A program made the position numbers and the translations under genes. This document shows, piece by piece, positions 40,401 through 50,600 of a DNA stretch of 64,000 nt (the first letter of the stretch is position 1; each line of letters begins with the position of its first letter). The notes under the pieces are model-generated. The model was not told the DNA's origin. It saw only the letters and a list, made by a program, of their open reading frames with translations, and searched no databases. Origin of the DNA: Calditrichales bacterium (lineage in GTDB: Bacteria; Calditrichota; Calditrichia; Calditrichales; J004); NCBI GenBank assembly GCA_965267575.1, contig OZ254086.1, positions 928,001 through 992,000 of the forward strand, in the 5' to 3' direction.

Positions 40401-41000
40401 ACCGATGTTGGCCCGCGCTACCTCAGTGCCGTTGATGTAGGCGACAAAAGCATCATCATAATCTATATGCAGATAGAGGGCAGCCAGAGAATCGGGATAG
40501 TTAATCTGAAAGGGCAAGCGCAGGTAAACGGTGCGTACCGGGCTTACAACCGATGCGTCGTCTCCATCCCCGTAGCCCACGCCGGTTGGTCCGCTGAGCC
40601 AGGCGTCATCGTTGAAGCCGGTCTCCTTCCAGCTATTGCCGATATCGTATGTTACCTGACGGTAGCGGCAGGTATCGCCCCAGCCGATGAGACGATCGAA
40701 AAAAAGCGTTTTGTTTTGTGCGCTTTTGCCCGAAGCCAGCACCAGCAGAAATGAATCCGGCGCCAGGGTCAGCGAAGGAAGGCGCCATTTCAGGGGAAGG
40801 TCTCTGTCGTCGGAGAGAAAAAAGCCGTCCGTGGCAACACTATCCAGGCCTCCGTTAAAAAGTTCAATCCAATCCGGATAGTCCCCGTCCCTGTCGTTTA
40901 AAAATGTACGATTGGCGCTCATCACTTCGTTGATACGCAAGGTATCCTGTTGGCTGAAGGCAATGCCCAGCGCCAGCAGGAGCACAATGAAGTGATTCAT
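37494..41000 (-). CDS. Secreted CotH-kinase-family protein with lamin-tail domains and T9SS-type CTD
   Basis: INEVMS..DWIEL, YTLDGSTP, LRNGGND, INGEYWG, DWPGNN, FDTDF; YPNPFNP...KMLLIR. Confidence 0.88.
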   Translation of the reverse strand: MNHFIVLLLALGIAFSQQDTLRINEVMSANRTFLNDRDGDYPDWIELFNGGLDSVATDGFFLSDDRDLPLKWRLPSLTLAPDSFLLVLASGKSAQNKTLFFDRLIGWGDTCRYRQVTYDIGNSWKETGFNDDAWLSGPTGVGYGDGDDASVVSPVRTVYLRLPFQINYPDSLAALYLHIDYDDAFVAYINGTEVARANIGEPGETVTFDQWANTGREAQLYSGGRAERYELDMSALQNGQNMLAIEVHNFGENSSDMSCIPFLSAGYTSEAFVSETPQPQAWLPQVEWHANFKVNSGSETLYLSGSSGLVDSMAVPALAADESFGLLPDGSENRGIFVQPTPAAANMGPHYAGRAPDISASPVGGFFVTAPRVYLQADSGFAIRYTLDGSTPHENSALYETPFRIQNTTVLRARAFAPGYVPGDVFSATYFINENHDLPVISLATEPANLFDEQTGIYMHGPDAQPSVPYFGANFWKDIEVPVTLEMFEKDGSPAWNAQAGIKIMGGWSRAHPQKSLAVFFRSAYGAGDLDYPLFGAKGIDRFEAFVLRNGGNDWESTLLRDPLMHSLASRMDIDHLAYRPVVLYINGEYWGIHNLREKANEHYFAGHYNIDPDSIDLLENDKFVIHGSADAYRSMLDYLRTTDMTREEAFPPLAGMMDVDSYIDYTLLQLFGANTDWPGNNIKYWRPQHEDGRFRWLLFDTDFSFGLYSGSTYDKNMMDFALQENGPNWPNPAWSTELFRLITQNPQFRRRFSNRAVVHLNRNLGGPHVLALLDSLQNKIATEIGRHHQRWNRDFGIWQWGISVMREFAEYRSPYLLAHIMLEFNLTSGPMLNVLAPAQGGRVFVEGVDVSGSDFKAPFFNEQDVELQAKPDPGYNFSGWEGHASSQSNIFVRPQGQSLKALFTKTETPAIVINEINYNSHPDFECEDWLELLNAGNEQVDLSGWVFKDSDDQHAFVLPQGTSLAAGEYLVLSRDTLAFRSFFSDPDITLLGPVEFGFDGAGELLRLFDATLALVDSVRYDDKSPWPLSPDGDGATLELINPAKDNALAQSWAASAGNGSPGVQNTVYTHIENDVANYPLQFELKPNYPNPFNPQTRIAFGLARAANVHLAVYDVLGREIAVLVNGNMTAGWHTADFIAHNNASGLYFYQMKIDGKAVAVKKMLLIR

Positions 41001-41012
41001 GCATCACCATCC

Positions 41013-43265
41013 TTAGTTATAGCGGAACCCTGCCTCCAGGCCGCCAATATTCACAACAAAATCGCCGGCCTCAACACGTTTCTTGTTATCCCTGCCGGTG
41101 AAGGCCAGATCAGCCGGTTTCAGCTCAAAGGTAACCTCACGCACTTCGCCGGGCTTAAGGGCAATCTTTTGAAAACCGCGCACCATGCGCACCGGCCGCG
41201 AAACGGAACCGTACATGTCAGTTACATAAAGGTGTACCACTTCTTTACCTTCGCGCTGGCCGCTGTTTTTAACTTTTACGCGTATCTGCAGTTTGTCTTC
41301 CTTGCCGATTGTTTCACGGTCCAGGGCAAGATCGCTGTATTCAAACGTGGTGTAGCTAAGGCCGTAGCCGAAAGGCCACTGCGGCCGGTAGTCGTTTGTA
41401 TCAAATTTTTCGATCGGCTTGTGGTCATAGTTGGTAAAATCGTTAACGTCCGCCGGATAGGAGAAGGGCAGCTTGCCGGATGGCGTCACATCGCCAAACA
41501 GGATGTCGGCCAGAGCGCGGCCGCCTTCGTTGCCGGGCAGGTAAGCCATCACAATGGCATCAGCCTTTTCGGCGATACCGTTTACAACACGTGGCCGGCC
41601 TTCCACAAGCACAATTACAACCGGTTTGCCCAATCCATATACCTTATTGGCAAATTCAATTTGGCGGGCGTCCAGCATCAGGTTGTTTATGTTGCCGGGG
41701 GTTTCGCAGTAAGGTGCTTCGCCAAGCGCCATTACGATTACATCGGCGGAAGCAGCCTGCTTTTGCACTTCATCCCAGTTGCCGTTGCCATCAAAATCAA
41801 CACCCTGGGCAAAAGTCATATTCTCGGCGCCCACTTTGGCTTCGATTGCCTCGCGGATGGTGCGCTTTTCGTGGGGATAAAGCTCTTCGCGGTTGCCTTG
41901 CCAGGTTATGGTCCAGCCGCCGTTCAGCACGGAAAGCATGTCCGAGGTGGGACCGGTTACAAGTACTTTGCTCTCTTTTTTCAGCGGCAACAGATTGCCG
42001 TCGTTCTTAAGCAGCGTAATTGCCTCGCGGGCCGCATCCAGGCTAAGCTGTGTATGTTCCTTTGTGGCAAATTGCTTTTTCAGCTCTGCTTTGGGATAGG
42101 GGTTTTCAAACAATCCGGTGCGGAATTTTACGCGCAGAATACGGCGTACTGCGTCATCGATGCGTTCTTCGGGCACATCGCCTTTTTGGGCCAGATCCAG
42201 CAAATGATCATAAAAGGTAAAATCGTAGGGCACCATGCTCATATCCACGCCGGCCATAACCGCCATGCGTACGGCTTCACGCGGCGTCTCGGCCACGCGG
42301 TCGCGGTCGTGCAAACGCTTGATGTCCTCCCAGTCGCTCACGACAAATCCGTCAAATTTCAGTTCGCCCTTGAGGATATCGTTCAACACATAAGCATCAC
42401 TGTGTGTGGGTATGCCGTTGATCTCGGCGGAGTTCAGCATCACGGTCTGCACGCCGGCATCCACAGCGGCGGCAAACGGCGGCAGAAAGATGTCGCGCAG
42501 CATGCGTTCGGGTATCCAGGCCGGGGTGCGGTCTTTGCCGTTAAGCGGTACGCTGTAACCCAGATAATGCTTCATGCAGGCTGCCACGCGATCGTCAGCG
42601 CCTACATTATTGTCTTTGCCTTCCGTGCCGTCCACATAGGCGCGCCCCATAACGGACACCGTGTAGGAACATTCGCCAAAGGTTTCCCAGAAACGGGGCC
42701 ACAACGGCATGCGGCCCACGCCAAGAACGGGATTAAAATTCCAGGGAATACCGGAAGCCCGCACTTCTTTGGCCGTGGCATGGGCGGCTTTCTCCACCAG
42801 GTCGGGACGCCAGGTCGCGGCCATGGTTATGCTTTGCGGGAAAAGGGTTGCGTCTTTGGTGTAATTGGCACCGTGGATCGCATCGATGCCGTAGATAACG
42901 GGAATGCCGAGACGCGTTTCTTTTGTGGCGACATCCTGAATAGCGGTGATCAAGGTGTGCCACTCGTCAATGGTTAAAGCCACATCGTAAACGTTCAGTA
43001 ACGAGCCTACGTTGTAATCCACAACGGCCATACGCAGCTTTTCGGGATCCAGCTCAAACTGGTGAAAGGTATCTGCTTTTGTTTTGGCAACCGCCTGAAT
43101 GGTCACCTGGGTCATCTGGCCGACCTTTTCGTCCAGCGTCATTTTCGCCAGCAGGTCGTCAATTTTCTTTTCGATCGGATCGCTTGTATCAGGTCGCATG
43201 GCCACTAAACTCAATGAAACTATCGCCATAAGCAGCAGCACAATCGATGTAAGAGCCTTTGTCAT
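41013..43265 (-). CDS. GH3 beta-glucosidase
   Basis: MTLDEKVGQM, DAIHG, KHY, VSDW, LLKN, FGYGLSYTTF; GGAGG RBS before ATG 43265. Confidence 0.95.
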   Translation of the reverse strand: MTKALTSIVLLLMAIVSLSLVAMRPDTSDPIEKKIDDLLAKMTLDEKVGQMTQVTIQAVAKTKADTFHQFELDPEKLRMAVVDYNVGSLLNVYDVALTIDEWHTLITAIQDVATKETRLGIPVIYGIDAIHGANYTKDATLFPQSITMAATWRPDLVEKAAHATAKEVRASGIPWNFNPVLGVGRMPLWPRFWETFGECSYTVSVMGRAYVDGTEGKDNNVGADDRVAACMKHYLGYSVPLNGKDRTPAWIPERMLRDIFLPPFAAAVDAGVQTVMLNSAEINGIPTHSDAYVLNDILKGELKFDGFVVSDWEDIKRLHDRDRVAETPREAVRMAVMAGVDMSMVPYDFTFYDHLLDLAQKGDVPEERIDDAVRRILRVKFRTGLFENPYPKAELKKQFATKEHTQLSLDAAREAITLLKNDGNLLPLKKESKVLVTGPTSDMLSVLNGGWTITWQGNREELYPHEKRTIREAIEAKVGAENMTFAQGVDFDGNGNWDEVQKQAASADVIVMALGEAPYCETPGNINNLMLDARQIEFANKVYGLGKPVVIVLVEGRPRVVNGIAEKADAIVMAYLPGNEGGRALADILFGDVTPSGKLPFSYPADVNDFTNYDHKPIEKFDTNDYRPQWPFGYGLSYTTFEYSDLALDRETIGKEDKLQIRVKVKNSGQREGKEVVHLYVTDMYGSVSRPVRMVRGFQKIALKPGEVREVTFELKPADLAFTGRDNKKRVEAGDFVVNIGGLEAGFRYN

Positions 43266-43290
43266 TTTTTCCTCCATTGAGCAATAACAT

Positions 43291-45096
43291 TTATTTTATT
43301 AAAACCATTTTTCCAAAATCGTGCACTATCTTCCCCGCAGATATGGCGCTCAGTCGGTAGTAGTAAACACCCGATGCCAGCGCGCTGGCGTTAAAATTTA
43401 AACTGCGTTCGCCCGCTGCAAAATCGTTTTCCCGCGAGCTGTAGACCTCGCGTCCGCCGGCATCAAAGACGGTCAGCCGCACATCGGCACGAGCCGGTAA
43501 ATAGAAATCTATACGCGTTTGCGGATTAAAGGGATTGGGGTAGTTGCCGTGGATTTTCAGACTGCGCGGCAAAGCACTCTGTCTGCCCGGCTGTGTGCTT
43601 ACAAGCTGTTCCACGCGGATGCTGCTGAGCAACGGATGTCCGGTCCATTCGGTAAAGTGAATGTCGAGTATACCGTCTTCAACAGCGACGTTTTCCATGC
43701 GCAGCTTATAGGCGGTCTCTACACCGGCCGTTTGCACCAGGTCCAGGCCTTCCACGAGGTTGGCACCCTCCACATCAATGCTAAACACGCGCTGTCCGGC
43801 AGACGATTTGTCCAGTTCGGCAAAACCGAGTTCCACATTGTAGCTACCCTGAGGTACCCGGACGCGGTATTTTACAACCTCATCCAAAGCGGAGAGGTAG
43901 AGCGAATCCAGTTCGCTGTTCTGCACGTCCGCTTCGCCATACACCTGGTGATATCCGTCCATGTGACCGTACTCCACAGCGGGGCCCCAATCCTGGTCGG
44001 CCAGCCAGCTGCCGCCGTAAACGGCATCACCGCCTGCGTTGATCTGCAGCGGAAAGGTAAGCGGTATTTCACGATAAACAGGCACTACATTGTAGCTTTG
44101 AAGATTAGCCTCTTCGCGCGCGTCGCTTATGCCGAAAATAACCAGCGAATATTCCGCTCCGTCGCTCATGGACGATGTTTCCAGCAAAACCGTACGCTTG
44201 TCCGGCTTCAATTCGACGGATTTTACCTGCAGACCGGGCACCACATAGTTGGATAAAACCGAAGCACCTACAGAATCAACGTCTTCCGAAAACTCCGCGG
44301 TGATCGTGCTGTCCTTGGCACGGGCCCAAAGCAGAACCGGCGGCTTGTTGTCCACAAAACCGGTAGCCGCGGCATCCGTAATGGCCAGAACAAGATAGCC
44401 GTCCCGGAAGATGGCATTGTCCGGCGACATATCGACGCGGTTGCCGCTCCAGGTATGCGAGGCTTTTTCCCAACGCTCCTCATCCCACTCGTCAAATTCG
44501 TCGCGCCACTCCAGCGTAAAATTGTTGTTGGTTCCGGTGTCCCCTTGGCCGGGCGTGTAGGCGTAGTAAGCCACCCAATCGTACCAGGCAAAAACGGGCA
44601 GGATGGCGGGATTCCATTCACCCACCCACGGCTCCCACACCGCCGCCCAGATATTCATCATCAGCTTTTGCTCAAAAACGAGCGTTTGAATATGATCCCC
44701 GGTCTGGCGGTAGATTTCCTCGCCGTTTACAAACCAGGCCACATAATCCGGTGTCCATTCAAAAGCATAGGTATTAAAAACATCAAACGGCGCAAAGTCA
44801 ACGCGGTTATGACTGTTATAGATGGTTTGACGTGGCGTAATAGTGGTTGTCTGAACATCGTCGTCATAGCGCCCGAGGATTTCTATATCGATCTCGTTCC
44901 ACTCGTTGCAGCAAACTTCGAAATCATTGTAGGTAAAAAAATTACTGAGAAGTCCTGTTCCGCGGGCCGCTTTGTAATTGACCTCAAAACGTCCGTACAA
45001 AAAAGATTCTTTGGTTCGCAGCTCCGCGCCCTTGTAGTCTTTAGCCTGCGCAAAAAATGCGGCAACAAGCAGCACGGCGATCGTTTTTAGCAGCAT
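43291..45096 (-). CDS. GH16 (EIDIE, lichenase-type) + Ig-like + malectin + T9SS-type CTD
   Basis: YGRFEV, WNEIDIEILG, FEWTPD; INAGG..FAE..RVFSI; YPNPFNP. Confidence 0.9.
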   Translation of the reverse strand: MLLKTIAVLLVAAFFAQAKDYKGAELRTKESFLYGRFEVNYKAARGTGLLSNFFTYNDFEVCCNEWNEIDIEILGRYDDDVQTTTITPRQTIYNSHNRVDFAPFDVFNTYAFEWTPDYVAWFVNGEEIYRQTGDHIQTLVFEQKLMMNIWAAVWEPWVGEWNPAILPVFAWYDWVAYYAYTPGQGDTGTNNNFTLEWRDEFDEWDEERWEKASHTWSGNRVDMSPDNAIFRDGYLVLAITDAAATGFVDNKPPVLLWARAKDSTITAEFSEDVDSVGASVLSNYVVPGLQVKSVELKPDKRTVLLETSSMSDGAEYSLVIFGISDAREEANLQSYNVVPVYREIPLTFPLQINAGGDAVYGGSWLADQDWGPAVEYGHMDGYHQVYGEADVQNSELDSLYLSALDEVVKYRVRVPQGSYNVELGFAELDKSSAGQRVFSIDVEGANLVEGLDLVQTAGVETAYKLRMENVAVEDGILDIHFTEWTGHPLLSSIRVEQLVSTQPGRQSALPRSLKIHGNYPNPFNPQTRIDFYLPARADVRLTVFDAGGREVYSSRENDFAAGERSLNFNASALASGVYYYRLSAISAGKIVHDFGKMVLIK

Positions 45097-45102
45097 GAAG
45101 CC

Positions 45103-46601
45103 TCACATCTTTTTGCCGTAATCGAGACGGTTATGAGTAGTTAATTGCGGAAACTCCGGTACCAGAACCGGGAAAGGCACGTTGCGCTGAATGACAAACA
45201 TATCTACGGATGTCAAATTTATTTTTTCAAAGGCGCTCGTATTGATGCTGATCTTGTCACTGTGGCGTTGGCGCAGCTCACTGATGTAGGGGTCAATGTG
45301 GTTTTCCACAAGCTGTAAAGCATTCAGGCTGTCATAATTCATGGAGCGCAGAATATTTTGCCTGCCATACAGTGCCAGCAGATTGTCACGCCACATGGCT
45401 ACATCACGCTCAACCGCGGGATGTTTTTCATAGCCCTTTTGATACGCTTCTTTTGTAATCTCCAGATCGCGCAACAAATCGACAATGGCCAGTTTGAATT
45501 GTTCGCCAAATTGTCCCTGTGGCATTTTGCGCTCCCGGAAAACAAGCGGATGCACCTGGATGGCTTCCTCGAAATCAGCCACAGTCCACATCTCGCCGTC
45601 AATGGAAAAAAGCACCTGGTTACGGATTTTCTCCACGCGCGACATGACATCGTCGATTACCATTTCGTTTTCACCGTCCCGGCGCCAGAAGCGGCTGTTG
45701 AAAGCTCTCTCCTTATCGGCGCTGGTTTTGAAGTACTGCGGCCCGACGGCGTTAACCAGTTCGGTAAAAATAGGCCGGTTGAATTCCACCCGCTTTCCGC
45801 GCATTAGATCAGCCACATGGCCTCGTAAATATCGCGCGCGCCGATTTCCTTAATCTTATCCTGCACATCTGTTACATACTGCTGTAACTGCGCGCCCCCG
45901 ATAACCGGCCGGCGTGTCCAGCCGTCTATCCTCACCAGGAGGTGACGATCCTTGTCCAGTTTGAGCGGACCAATCACATCGCCCTGGGCGCGTTCGCTGT
46001 AGAAAAGCGCCTGCAGCAGGCGGTCATCCAGCGGCTGCAGGAAACCGAAGGACTCGCGCGGCGGCGTAAGCGAGGAGCTGTCCGGATTAAGGTGGTCGAA
46101 GACCTCGTCAAAGCCCATCTCGCCGTTTTGCATCCGGCGCGCCACTTCCGCGGCCAGGGCATCGTTATTGAGCGGGATCATTTCCACGTCGTAGGTACGC
46201 TCGGCCATTTGTAAAACCGTGCGCAGCAATGTTGAATCAACCTGCGCCAGGTCGCCGGCCATCTCTTTGTAATGGATACGGCGCATTGCCTGCTCGCGGC
46301 GTCCCTTAAGATAATTTTGTACTTCGGGGTTGGAAAGCATAACGCCGTCGGCCTCGGCCTCAATGGCCAGCAGCTTTTCGGCGATCAGCGAATTTAATAC
46401 GATTTTACGATGCACATAATTGTCGTTTTTACACCACGCCGGACGGATAGTGTATTCCGCCCGGCGGATGAATTCGTTCACGGAAATCGTACGGTCGCCA
46501 ACCTTTACCAGGATTGTTTCGTCGAATTCCGCTTTTTCGGTAGATGTGCATTGCGCAAGCAGCAAAACAGATGCTGCCAGTAATACAATCCGTTTATACA
46601 T
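45103..46601 (-). pseudogene. SurA/PPIase-like lipoprotein split by a one-base frameshift (or sequencing error)
   Basis: ORFs 45804-46601 and 45103-45816 overlap; one extra base at ~45818 gives a continuous frame; lipobox LAQC; VGDRTISVNEF. Confidence 0.7.
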
Positions 46602-47659
46602 TAAAACATTATCCCCAGGCCGTAGCTGTGTACGTCACCCAGCAGGCCCACATCTCGAAATGCATAGTCAAATTTAATGGCCAGATTACCCATCAGGTAT
46701 TTCTGGAATCCTCCGCCCAGCGTCAGGCCGAACTCGGACCGGTCATCCGGCAGGAAGAGGCCCTTGTAGCCGCCACGCAAAAAGAACTTACCCATGGTGG
46801 GCGCATGAAATTCATATTCACCGCCGAGGTTTACCGATTCCGCGTTGTTGTTGGGATGCAATGCGTCAAGAGCAAACGTAAAACGGTTTTGGTCGGTTTT
46901 GATTGCGTTGACGGCAAAGCCCAGCCGGAAGATCAGCGGCAGTTCCCACTCCTGTGGCAGGTACTGGCCCTGAACGTCGCCGAAATTGCCATCCTCGTTG
47001 GGCAGCGGATCAATCTTTGTAAGCAGGTCCAGCCCTTCGAAACGCATCCGCGTACCGTAATTGGAAATACTCATAGCGATGCGCATACCGTCGCCGCGCT
47101 CACCCGTTGGCGAAAAGAAAAAGGTATTTAGCGTAACACCAAGGTCCACCGCCAGGGCGCTGGCGCTCATATGCCAGATGTCGAAGCCGACGAATTTCCC
47201 GGAGGCGCCAAAGGCAAACCAGTCCGTAAGCTTGCGCGCAAAGGAAAGGTTAAAAGCGTAGGAACTGGAGCTGAACACCTCACCGGTGCCTTCCTGGAAG
47301 TCAACGGTTGTAACATCCATATCACCGTAATCCATGTAAATAAGGCCCGCCCCTATGGTCCCGACGCCCGGTACAACCAGGGCCGTTCCCACAAAGGAAG
47401 AGTTAATATCCACCACCCAGGGCTGGATGGTGAACTGCGCTTCGCTCTGCTTCATAAAGGCCAGACCGGCTGGATTCCAGTACATGGCCGACACATCGCT
47501 GGCCATTGTTACGTAGGCCTCGCCCATGGCCACGCCGGCGCTGCCGTAGCCTACCTCCAGAAAGTCGGCTGTTGTGGTGCCGAAGCGGTTGGGACGCTGC
47601 TGTCCCCAAACCAGCATGGGCACGATCAAGAGTATCAGAAGAATATATTTCGTTTTCAT
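46601..47659 (-). CDS. PorV/PorQ-like (FadL-fold, UPF0164) outer membrane protein
   Basis: FLEVGYGSAGVAMGEA, YWNPAGL, DLGV, LPLIFRLG, RGGYK, DYAF, C-terminal F. Confidence 0.85.
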   Translation of the reverse strand: MKTKYILLILLIVPMLVWGQQRPNRFGTTTADFLEVGYGSAGVAMGEAYVTMASDVSAMYWNPAGLAFMKQSEAQFTIQPWVVDINSSFVGTALVVPGVGTIGAGLIYMDYGDMDVTTVDFQEGTGEVFSSSSYAFNLSFARKLTDWFAFGASGKFVGFDIWHMSASALAVDLGVTLNTFFFSPTGERGDGMRIAMSISNYGTRMRFEGLDLLTKIDPLPNEDGNFGDVQGQYLPQEWELPLIFRLGFAVNAIKTDQNRFTFALDALHPNNNAESVNLGGEYEFHAPTMGKFFLRGGYKGLFLPDDRSEFGLTLGGGFQKYLMGNLAIKFDYAFRDVGLLGDVHSYGLGIMF

Positions 47660-47671
47660 ACCTGCCCTCTT

Positions 47672-50600
47672 CTATTTAACCACAGCGAATTTACCCAGCT
47701 TGGTATCGCCGGTTCTTTCCGCTTTTACATGATAAAGGTAGATGCCGGCCGCTATTTCGAGGCCTTCGCTGGTCAACATATCCCAGTGAATGATACCATT
47801 ATCATTTGGATTATTAACTTCGATTTCATCAATCAATACACCGGAAACCGTAAAGATCTTAATGGTGCATTGCGCCGGCAGGTTGGTAAACATCAGTCTG
47901 CGAGGCTGGTTGAGGAATTTGTTGACTACCGCTTCCTCAAAGGCGTTGGTTACCACATAGGGATTGGGCACCACGCGGATGTCGTCCATGGATGAACTGA
48001 TCAGCCTGGTATTCAGCTCGCCTTCCGGATTGACCTTAAAGCTCACTGAATCCGTGTGCCAGAAAGGACGCTGGAATTTTACGCTGAATACATCCCCGGG
48101 CTGCGGCAGACTGGCGCTGTCGGCAAAAGACTGGAAGTCCAGCGCGAAAGCCGTTGTCGCAAAACGCCCGCGGTTGTCCAGCGGCCCAACCAGAATACGG
48201 TCTTCAAGAATTTCGAAGGTTCCGTTCAGGTTAAGATCGTGGACGACCATTTCCATTTTTTCGAAACTGCCGGTAGTGTCCATAAAGGTGGAGTTCTGCA
48301 CGTAGAAATTGAACGGCAGCTGGAACAGCAGAAAGTCGCGGCTGACCGTCTCATTGTTTTCATCGCGCAGGTTCCGTCGTGAGCTCTGGCTGACATATGC
48401 GGAATCATCGTTTGTAAAGACAATATCAAAATCCCACGGGTAATAGCGGATTTCCTGCGCGGCAGGACTGATATTAAGCCGCGGATTATCACCCACCAGC
48501 CAGCCGCTGTTTTGCGCGTCAAAAGCGGCGCGCTCACGAGGCTGATAAACGTTCAGGCGCATGCCGTCAAAAACGTCGGTGCTGATCGTATCGGCCACGC
48601 GCAGTGTAGCATAGCGCAGTGTATCTGTTGTGCCCGGTTCCACCTCTTCAACCAGTGTAATGTTATTAAAGGCAAAGGAAGTCGGTACGTCTTCATAAAC
48701 CAGCTCGGAAGAACTGGTGACATCATAGACATGCAGGCTGTTGGTCGTGTAGATCAGGGCATTAGGCACACTCGACAAAGCGTCGATCGTATCGATGCCG
48801 AACTTGACCATATAGGTGTGGTTGGGCTTCAGGCTGTTGTTTGCCAGGATTTGCGCGTCAACATAGCCGCTACCAATCAGGCCTTCCATTTCAACATCAT
48901 CCACCGTTGGCGGCACATAGCCGGAAGCATTGGGCCGCGGCACAACGATCGCTACGTTCTGTCCGATGGCGCGTACCTGGTCCTGCTCATTCAGATCCAC
49001 AATGATGGTGTTTTCCGACGGGGCGATACCCGGTCCGATATCCGGCGCGCCATAGTCGTAAGCGACCAGGGCGTAATAATAGGTGCGGCCGTTCTCAACA
49101 TTTTCATCAATAAAGTGGTGTACGATACCGCTATCAAAACCGAGGTTGTAGCCGACGCCGTTAACCAGGCCGTAATCGGTAAACCCAACGCGGCCGTTTT
49201 TCAGGTCGCACTGGAAAATGGGTTTTTTGATAAACGGCGTTCCAAAGCCATCGGTAATAACTTCGGCGTCTGAGAAACGCTTATCGGTTGCACGATATAC
49301 TTTATAACCCTCGAAGTCATTAATGTTGCCAACGAACGGGTCACGCGTTCTCTTGTCGGCGATGTCATCCCAAGTCAAAATCACTTTTCCGTCCGCGGCC
49401 GTAGCCGTAAGGGTGGGCATGCGCGGCGGCTGTGCAAAACGGTAATCCGATTCATAGATTACCTGCACGATGCGCTTTTGCTCATAAAGTGCGGGAGCGG
49501 TATGTGCGTCCGAGTTCAAACCGGACAGTTCATCATAGGCATGCAGTTCGGACATGGAGATACGCTCTTCACGGCCCTGGAACAGCGGGAAAGGTCCGGA
49601 TGCGAATGTCTCGATCAGGTTGGAAATATTACCGAGAAATTCCAGCGTAGAGTCCTGACCGATCAGTTCCCACATGGAGCGGTCGCCACGGAACCAGCGG
49701 TAGCTGGAGCTATGGCTTGGTACCGGAAACAGACGGAAAGATGTCAAACCGACCATATCCGATTCTGAAACATCCGTTGCGGCAAAGTCAGGCTCGGCGC
49801 CGATACCCTGCACATAATCGGGACGATGGTTGCCCTCGGTTCCGTCGGCATCGGGGCCGGTATAGTTCAGTTCCAGAGGTCCAACGCCATCCAGGCCTAC
49901 GTCGTCACCGGGGAATTCATTGCTTTGGTAAATGCCATCACCGTTCAGGTCGTTGCCGTCATCCCAGTCCTGGTCTTCATCTGCGTCCCAGTGTTCGCGC
50001 AGATCTTCAAGTTTCAAATTGTAAAACGCAAGGAATTTATCAAGGTCGTCGATGCCTTCAGTGGGACCAACAAGTGCTGTGGCCACGTTATCGCGCTGCT
50101 CATTCAACAGACCGTCCTGGTCGTTATCTATGTCGTCATAGGGGATGCCCGGGCTTTCCAGGTAAGCAAAACCCATCACACCCGTATTCAAACCACCGCG
50201 ACCGGTTCCGTCCACATCCCAGGAGTACGCCATGTCAATCTGGCGGTCAAAGAAACCAAGCTCGTCATCGGCCTCACCGCCGATACCGTTGTCCACCCAG
50301 TAACCAAAGGCCACTTCGGGCAGATCATAGTCGGAAATGTTGGCGATGCTATATTCCCAGAAAATCGCGTCACGTGCCTGCGGGTTATTCCACTGAAAAC
50401 CACGCTGAGACACACGTACACCAATACCGCCCCAGGGCAGTCCGTTTTGCTGCTCGATGCTGTTGGTAAGTTTGTCACCGATAAAAACACCGGGACGCGG
50501 GTAATACTTAGCCCTGTCTTCCGGACCGAGATACTCCTGATCATTGGCGTCGTTGGCCACGAAATAGGTTTCCAGGTCGGCATAAATAATACCGCGGCCA

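Noticed and set aside
40950-42977. 675-aa plus-strand ORF
   Set aside because: Antisense shadow of the GH3 gene; no recognisable motifs.
45780-45840. Programmed ribosomal frameshift
   Set aside because: No slippery heptamer or evident stimulatory structure; a single-base deletion is simpler.
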